Assembly (NCBI RefSeq): GCF_038025025.1 | Contig: NW_027117340.1 | Location: 1,116,001-1,180,000, forward strand | Length of the DNA stretch: 64,000 nucleotides | Reading direction: 5' to 3' | Source: Phyllosticta citribraziliensis | Lineage: Eukaryota | Shown here: piece after piece, positions 61,856-64,000 of the stretch | Position numbering within the stretch: the first letter of the stretch is position 1 | How the letters are laid out: each line of letters begins with the position of its first letter | Translations under genes and position numbers: made by a program | Notes under the pieces: model-generated | What the model was told of the DNA's origin: nothing | The model's database searches: none | The model's input: the letters and a program-made list of their open reading frames with translations, nothing else

Positions 61856-63031
61856 ATGGGGCTCCTCAAGCTCGCCACGCTGTCCATCATCCTCCCAGCT
61901 ACATCTTATTTTTGCATTTTGGGCTTGCTGATTGCTTTCCCGAGTCTCCAAACACACGCGTTTTATCTCCACCGCGTATCTCTCACATGGTTCAAAGACC
62001 TCAATGTCCCAGAGGCCTTCGGATTCCTCCCAAATCAAGTCAAATCTTTCTCAATACAAACCTCAGACGGCGAGAAGCTCCATGCATGGCATGTTCTTCC
62101 ACTTGGAGTCTACAGTCGGAATCAAGAGCATCTCCTCGCAGCGCCTTCTGGTTCTGATCTCGCCTTGAAACTCCTTCGAGATGATCCTGAGTCACGTCTT
62201 GTGATCTATTTCCATGGTACTGCAGGCTGCCTTGCTTCCGGATGGCGACCTGACAGTTACCGCGGGATATCTTCTGCTTCTCCTGACAAGATTCACGTCT
62301 TGACTGCAGACTACCGCGGCTACGGCCAAAGTACGGGGATGCCATCAGAGGATGGCCTTTTGCTCGATGGCATCGCAATGGTCGACTGGGCCATTCACCA
62401 AGCGGGAATTCCGGCTTCGCGAATTGTCATTTTCGGGCAATCTTTAGGCACTGCGGTAGCCATCTCCCTCATTCGACACTACGCCTCCGAAATACCAGCG
62501 GTCTCCTTCTCTGGCACAGTCCTGGTCGCGTCCTTCTCTGACGTGGCAACTCTGACAGCAACTTATCGGATTGGCGGCGTCATTCCAGTACTCTCACCAC
62601 TCTCGCGAGTACCACCCCTCCTGGCCTTTTTCAACTCATTTCTCCGGAGCACCTGGATGAGCAAAGACCGTATTGGCGAGTTCATACGGAGAAGTGAAAG
62701 CGATGCCATCGCACAAAAATACCACCTCACATTTATTCATGCTGAGGATGACACTGACATCGATTGCCTCCACACCGACGTTTTGTTCTGGCATGCAGTG
62801 AATGCAACCAAATCGATAGGCATTGGGTATGAGGAGCTCGAGCACGAGAAACAGCTCATGAAGAAAGAATGGGGTTCAGGGGGCTGGACTGTGGAATGGC
62901 GGACGGACAAAGGGCTGATTCGGCAGGAAATGTTGAAGTATGGCGTCCATGACAGGCTCATGGCTTATCCTGCAACGTCGCTTGCAATTTTGAAGGCTTT
63001 CCAGGCGACCGATCCTGGATTTGGAAGATAA
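61856..63031 (+). CDS. ABHD12-like alpha/beta hydrolase with N-terminal membrane anchor
   Basis: TSDGEKLHAW, YFHGTAG, DYRGYGQSTG.PSEDG, GQSLG, HAEDD, YGVHD; intronless. An upstream in-frame ATG at 61772 is possible. Confidence 0.88.
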   Translation: MGLLKLATLSIILPATSYFCILGLLIAFPSLQTHAFYLHRVSLTWFKDLNVPEAFGFLPNQVKSFSIQTSDGEKLHAWHVLPLGVYSRNQEHLLAAPSGSDLALKLLRDDPESRLVIYFHGTAGCLASGWRPDSYRGISSASPDKIHVLTADYRGYGQSTGMPSEDGLLLDGIAMVDWAIHQAGIPASRIVIFGQSLGTAVAISLIRHYASEIPAVSFSGTVLVASFSDVATLTATYRIGGVIPVLSPLSRVPPLLAFFNSFLRSTWMSKDRIGEFIRRSESDAIAQKYHLTFIHAEDDTDIDCLHTDVLFWHAVNATKSIGIGYEELEHEKQLMKKEWGSGGWTVEWRTDKGLIRQEMLKYGVHDRLMAYPATSLAILKAFQATDPGFGR

Positions 63032-63791
63032 ATTGCACAAGACTTGCGCAAAGCGTCTTGTCGCACATAGAAAAATCTCACGGGTTGATGGAAGCGTTTG
63101 GATGCTCCCCATACATACCTATTCGTTTTGATTGATTGACTGCTTCTTATTCAATAATGCGCAAATACTTGATTTTTACAGAAAGACAAGTTTGGCCCCG
63201 AACTCAAGCCCACAATCTGCTCCTTCCGCGGTTCTGATATCTTCGTTTGATTGTCCTAGGTCCAAAACAAGACAGCGGTTCCTGAAGCCACGACGATTCC
63301 GCGTATAGCTTATGAGAGCTGTGCTGACAGGCAGAGCCTGTTCAGCCTCCAAGAAGCCTGCTGGCGGTCTAACATCTCGTTAGCAATGAATCTTGAATTT
63401 TCCCTGCAAATATTGGCATATGGGAAGTCAGAAGACAACTAATTGCTCAAGAATTCTGGTTCTGAATGTCCAAAATCAGGGAAATTACAATTTCGACCAA
63501 TCCGCAGTGCCAGCACTTGCCCTTGTGTTTCTTGGAAGCTGAATGAAAACGAACAAGCGATACCGCGCGGAGGACGATCCATGTAGAACAAAGAGATGTG
63601 GTGTGTGCTAGATCAAGGAACCTGCACTGAACAATGAGGACCAAGTGTCATGCAGACTGCACCTTTCTTAGAGCTCTCTTACTTGTGCGGACGCACTGGT
63701 CCTGCCGAACACCATAAATTTGTATAAGAGGGAGCAGAAGTAGCATTATTCATTCAGCATCTTTCACTCACGAACTATTTCTACAGCGAAC

Positions 63792-64000
63792 ATGGGTAGT
63801 TTCAGGAAGAAGATTTACAATCTGTGTCGCGCTATGGTGGGCGGCACCAACTACAAGAAGCTAACCACGGTAACGGTCGGTCCTGGCATTACTGCACTTC
63901 CGAAAGGCGAAACAAAGCTGCTGCAGTGGGGGATTCGACTCGATTTCTCCAGGGAAGTTGATGTCGACGGTGTCATCCATAACGAATTCAAGCTTCAGCC
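63792..64000 (+). CDS. Partial hypothetical protein running off the window end
   Basis: ATG at 63792 (AACATGG) with TATAAG at 63723; frame open to the end: MGSFRKKIYNLCRAMVGGTNYKKLTTVTVGPGITALPKGETKLLQWGIRLDFSREVDVDGVIHNEFKLQP. Confidence 0.5.
   Translation, partial: MGSFRKKIYNLCRAMVGGTNYKKLTTVTVGPGITALPKGETKLLQWGIRLDFSREVDVDGVIHNEFKLQ

Noticed and set aside
1..64000. Hundreds of overlapping or antisense ORFs in the six-frame track (e.g. 5-880, 9662-10582, 32455-33321, 8000-8779)
   Set aside because: Shadow ORFs caused by GC-rich codon bias or microsatellite translation; no domains and no coherent splice models.

Overview
Eukaryotic DNA from a filamentous ascomycete (Pezizomycotina; Dothideomycete-like, which is an inference from protein style). 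It has short GT-AG introns with CTAAC/CTGAC branch points and microsatellite-rich intergenic DNA. About 24 protein-coding genes could be assembled by hand, in order: a hypothetical protein, a Sel1-repeat chitin-synthase activator head-to-head with a class IV chitin synthase, a WD40/DUF2415 protein, a TAP-like alpha/beta hydrolase, a glycine-rich RRM protein, a conserved hypothetical protein, IPP1, mitochondrial mL53/MRPL44, SEC20, a GH16 Crh-like protein, a DsbA-like protein, CIA2/MIP18, a Zn2Cys6 transcription factor, RCL1, an RTC4-domain protein, TMEM14, OST2/DAD1, ARO8, and a final block of SDR, quinone-oxidoreductase-like MDR, ABHD12-like hydrolase and a partial orphan ORF. The most unusual items are: (1) a tandem pair of 81-nt non-canonical tRNA-like elements exactly 250 bp apart (58501-58581 and 58751-58831, minus strand), with structure-preserving differences, an extended anticodon helix and G3:U70; (2) a GH16 Crh homolog whose EIDWE catalytic motif reads EINWQ; (3) a 180-nt open in-frame intron in the glycine-rich RNA-binding gene that encodes a Cys/His cluster; (4) IPP1 with a presequence-like N-terminal extension containing a near-PTS2 motif, plus a GC-AG intron; (5) a degenerate 30/31-bp phased tandem repeat at about 50.14-50.28 kb. 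All assignments come from reading motifs by eye; no database search was run.
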